The position numbers and the translations under genes were made by a program. The notes under the pieces were generated by a model. That model did no database searches. It was not told where the DNA came from and saw nothing but the letters and a program-made list of their open reading frames with translations. Positions 60,834 through 64,000 of a stretch of DNA of 64,000 nucleotides are shown here, one piece after another. Source of the DNA: Planctomycetota bacterium (GTDB lineage: Bacteria > Planctomycetota > UBA11346). Location of the stretch: positions 32,001 to 96,000 of the forward strand of contig JBBQSO010000006.1 of assembly GCA_038213805.1 (NCBI GenBank), read 5' to 3'. Each line of letters opens with the position of its first letter. Positions within the stretch are counted from its first letter, which is position 1.

Positions 60834-61685
60834 ATGCCTGCAATCGCCCACCTCCCGCCCCCCGACCTGCGCCGCCGCTGCGCGCTCATCGCCGCACTCG
60901 GCGTGCTCGCCACGGTGGCCGTCTTCCTGCACGCGCCGGTTCCCCAGGACGAGCGCTTCCACGCCTTCGCCGACCAGCGCACCTGGTGCGGGATTCCGCA
61001 CCCGGGCGACGTGCTCTCCAACCTGCCCTTCCTGGTGGTCGGCGTCCTCGGCCTGATCGCCCTGTTGCGTCATGCCCGCGTCGGCCCGCTCGCCAGTTTC
61101 GCCACCGCCTGGGAGCGCTGGCCGGCGGTCACCGCCTTTGCCGCGCTGGTGCTGACCGCGGTGGGCTCGACCTGGTACCACTGGGCGCCGGACGATGGCC
61201 GCCTGCTCTTCGATCGCCTGCCGCTGACCCTGGTCTTCATGGCGCTGTTCACCCTGGTTATCACCGACCGCGCGGGTCCGCGCGTGGCGCGCGCCGTCTT
61301 CCTGCCGCTGCTCGCGACCGGCGTCATCAGCGTGCTGTGGTGGTCGGCCAGCGAATCCGCCGGCTACGGCGACCTGCGCCTCTATGGCCTGGTGCAGTTC
61401 TTTCCAATGCTCGCCATCCCGCTCCTGCTCGTCCTGCTGCCGCGCCGCTACACCGGCGGCGTGCACATGCTCATCGTGCTGCTGCTCTACGGTCTCGCCA
61501 AGCTCTGCGAGGTGCTCGATGCGCAATTCTACGCGCTGCTCGGCGTGATCACCGGGCACACCGTGAAACACCTCCTCGCCGCGTTCGCGATGTGGTGGCT
61601 GCTTGGGTATCTGATGCTGCGGCGGGCGTTGCCAGTCGCAGGGTCCGGAAGTCCGGAAGTCCGGGGGTCCGGAAGTCTCGGGTGA
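60834..61685 (+). CDS. Alkaline ceramidase-like (CREST superfamily) membrane hydrolase
   Basis: HAFADQR, SNLPF, GSTWYH, DRLP, GHTVKH. Confidence 0.85.
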   Translation: MPAIAHLPPPDLRRRCALIAALGVLATVAVFLHAPVPQDERFHAFADQRTWCGIPHPGDVLSNLPFLVVGVLGLIALLRHARVGPLASFATAWERWPAVTAFAALVLTAVGSTWYHWAPDDGRLLFDRLPLTLVFMALFTLVITDRAGPRVARAVFLPLLATGVISVLWWSASESAGYGDLRLYGLVQFFPMLAIPLLLVLLPRRYTGGVHMLIVLLLYGLAKLCEVLDAQFYALLGVITGHTVKHLLAAFAMWWLLGYLMLRRALPVAGSGSPEVRGSGSLG

Positions 61686-61813
61686 ACGAATCCACCGCGG
61701 CGTGCACGCGTCGGTCGCGGACGCGCGCCGGCGGGTGGTGCGGATGATTGCACAGGCCGGTTGGGTCTATGCGTCCGACTTCCGGACTTCCGGACTTCCG
61801 GACTTCCGGACCC
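61641..61813. repeat. Octamer inverted-repeat element (GTCCGGAA)n ... (GACTTCCG)n
   Basis: 37-bp arms at 61641-61677 and 61777-61813, 2 mismatches. Confidence 0.92.
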
Positions 61814-63206
61814 CGCCGAGGCCGTCCGACAGCATTCCGAACAACGCCACCTGCGCCTTGAGCGCCGAGCGGAAATCCCCCAGGTGCAACGACTCGTTCT
61901 CGGCGTGCGCGCCGCAGGTCGGGTCCTCGACGCCGGTCAGCAGGGCAGGGATGCCGCCGAGCTTGGCGGTCATCTCGCCGACGAAGGGGATGCTGCCGCC
62001 GCAGCCGATGAACACCGGCGCCACGCCAAAGCCGCGCTCGAGGGCGGCGGCAGCGCGTGCGAACACCGGGTGGTCGGTGGGGCTGCCCCAGGGCGTGCTC
62101 GCACCCAGACGGGTGATGGTCAGTTCCATGCCGGCCGGCGCGTGCGCGCGCAGGTGCGCAGCGAGCGCGGCGTAGACCTCCTCCGCCTGCATGTCGGGCA
62201 CGATGCGGATGCCGAGCCGCGCCCACGCCGAGTCCATCACCACGTTGCCGGTCTGCCCGCGCGTGCCGGCCTGGATGGCGTTGACCGACAGCGATGGCCA
62301 GCGCCACATGCGGCGGTGCACGTCGACGACGTCGGGGTTGCCGGGGCTGGTAAGCAGCCCGGCTTGTTCGGCGAAGCGCTCCGGCGCGTACGGCAGGCGC
62401 CGGTACGAGGCGGTCTCGGCGGCGTTCAGCGCGCGCACGCGCTCGTAGATGCCTGGGATGGCGATGTCACCGCGCGCGTCGCTCAGCGACGCGATCAGCC
62501 GGCAAAGTGCCTGCACCGCGTCAGGCACGGTGCCGCCCCACATCCCGGAATGCAGCGGCGCGCGCAGCGCCTTGAGTTCGACCTCGACGCCGACCAGGCC
62601 GCGCAGGCTGGTGGTCAGCGAGGGCAGGCCGGTGTCGAAGTTGGCGGCGTCGGCGATCACCAGGCAGTCGGCTTGCAGTTCGGACAGATGCGCATCGAGG
62701 AAGCGCGAGAAGTGCTCGGAGCCGATCTCCTCCTCGCCTTCGATCACCACCGTCAGGTTGACCGGCGGCTGGCCCGCGACCGCGTTCCACGCCGCGGCGC
62801 TGGCGCAGTGGATGGCGATGCCGGCCTTGTCGTCGGCCGCGCCGCGTGCGTAGAGCCGGCCGTCCCGTTCGGTCGGCTCGAACACCGGCGTGCGCCACAG
62901 ATGCTCGCGCAGCGGCGGCTGCACATCGTGGTGCGCGTACAGCAGCAGGGTCGGGCAGTCCGGTCCGGCGCGGTGGTCCTTGGCGATGACGTAGGGGAAA
63001 ACGCCCGGCAGCCGCGCGATGCGCGCCTCGGGATAGCCTGCCGCCAGCAGCCAGTCGACGCACGCCTGCGCGCTTGTCTCGAGGTGCGCGTGGTCGAAGC
63101 CCGGGAAACTGCACGAGGGGATGCGCACCAGCTCCTTGAGGCGGGCGAGCGTGTCCGGGAAGTCCGCTTCGGCGCGGGCGATGGCGGCGGCGATGGCGTC
63201 GGTCAT
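61767..63206 (-). CDS. M20 family metallopeptidase (dipeptidase-like)
   Basis: YAHHDVQP, ARGAADDK, EGEEEIGS, LHSG, GGSIP, AHAENE. Confidence 0.95.
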   Translation of the reverse strand: MTDAIAAAIARAEADFPDTLARLKELVRIPSCSFPGFDHAHLETSAQACVDWLLAAGYPEARIARLPGVFPYVIAKDHRAGPDCPTLLLYAHHDVQPPLREHLWRTPVFEPTERDGRLYARGAADDKAGIAIHCASAAAWNAVAGQPPVNLTVVIEGEEEIGSEHFSRFLDAHLSELQADCLVIADAANFDTGLPSLTTSLRGLVGVEVELKALRAPLHSGMWGGTVPDAVQALCRLIASLSDARGDIAIPGIYERVRALNAAETASYRRLPYAPERFAEQAGLLTSPGNPDVVDVHRRMWRWPSLSVNAIQAGTRGQTGNVVMDSAWARLGIRIVPDMQAEEVYAALAAHLRAHAPAGMELTITRLGASTPWGSPTDHPVFARAAAALERGFGVAPVFIGCGGSIPFVGEMTAKLGGIPALLTGVEDPTCGAHAENESLHLGDFRSALKAQVALFGMLSDGLGGVRKSGSPEVRKSDA

Positions 63207-63311
63207 GCCGCGCAGGCTATGACCACCGCGCTCCGCGGGAACCCCCGCCCCTGCGCCGAGCCCTGTACGCCCAGGCATTCCCATGGGCCGGAGGCCGCCT
63301 AGGGTCCCGAC

Positions 63312-63950
63312 ATGTCCCGCCTCCTCCTGCTGGCATGCGTCCTGCTGACTGGCGTGCGCATGGCCGCGGCGGAGACCCTGGTATGTCTCGGCGACAGCCT
63401 GACGGCGGGCTATGGCGTCGACGTGGACGAGGCGTGGCCGGCGCTGCTTCAGCAGGGGCTCGACGCGCAGCTGCCGGGGCGCTGGAAGGTGGTCAATGCT
63501 GGGGTTTCCGGCGACACCACGGCGGGTGGGCTGGCGCGCGTGCCGTGGCTGCTCAAATCGCACCCCGACGTGGTGTTGATCTGCCTGGGCGGCAACGACG
63601 GGCTGCGCGGTCTCGACCCGGCTGCGAGCGAGGCCAACCTCGACGCCATGATCACGCGATTCCAGGCCGCCCACGCGCGCGTGGTCCTCGCCGGCATGCA
63701 GCTGCCGACCAACTACGGCGCCGACTACCGCGCGCGCTTCGCGGCGATCTACCCGCGGCTGGCCGAGCGCCACCACCTTGCCCTGATGCCGTTCCTGCTG
63801 GTCGGCGTCGGCGGCGATGCGCACCTCAACCTGGCCGACGGCATCCACCCCAACCCGCAGGGCCACCGCCTGGTCGCGCGCGCGGTGCAGGATTTCCTGG
63901 TGCCGCTGCTCGCACCTGCGACGTCAGCCGCGCCGGTCGCGGGGCACTGA
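63312..63950 (+). CDS. tesA: Arylesterase / acyl-CoA thioesterase I (SGNH)
   Basis: GDSLTAGYG, NAGVSGDTT, GGNDGLRG, DGIHPN. Confidence 0.93.
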   Translation: MSRLLLLACVLLTGVRMAAAETLVCLGDSLTAGYGVDVDEAWPALLQQGLDAQLPGRWKVVNAGVSGDTTAGGLARVPWLLKSHPDVVLICLGGNDGLRGLDPAASEANLDAMITRFQAAHARVVLAGMQLPTNYGADYRARFAAIYPRLAERHHLALMPFLLVGVGGDAHLNLADGIHPNPQGHRLVARAVQDFLVPLLAPATSAAPVAGH

Positions 63951-64000
63951 TGGGCGATGTCCTGGCGATCGAGGGGCTCGGCAAGCGCTATCCCAGCGGC
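63950..64000 (+). CDS. Start of a probable ABC transporter ATP-binding protein (YbbA-like), truncated by the window
   Basis: TGATG overlap; MGDVLAIEGLGKRYPSG; tesA neighbourhood. Confidence 0.55.
   Translation, partial: MGDVLAIEGLGKRYPSG

Noticed and set aside
63207..63866. N-terminal extension of the M20 peptidase ORF
   Set aside because: Antisense to tesA; homology begins near Met 63206.

Overview
This is high-GC (about 70%) bacterial chromosomal DNA, probably Planctomycetota or another PVC lineage. That assignment is inferred from the Hanks kinases, FGE/SUMF1 domains, ECF sigma/FecR pair and four-helix-bundle gene. Housekeeping genes (transketolase, eno, pyrE, cyclophilin, xseA, trpS, actP, aroB, tesA) frame a roughly 35-kb cell-surface and signalling region. 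That region holds a ~4,460-aa Ig-repeat protein, an O-antigen-ligase/O-OTase-like gene, a TMTC-like GT-C/TPR protein that probably starts at ATT, two divergent Ser/Thr kinases, and a kinase to cadherin/CSPG protein to FGE lipoprotein to beta-barrel operon. It also holds an ECF sigma/FecR anti-sigma pair. The anti-sigma sensor domain is an apparently inactivated copy of the divergently transcribed beta-helix enzyme, and both units share an upstream GTAACG-N14-GGAGAGATG motif. Several intergenic heptamer or octamer tandem arrays, often in inverted pairs, are scattered through the window. No rRNA, tRNA, CRISPR array, transposase or reverse transcriptase was recognised. All family assignments are by eye from motifs; no searches were run.
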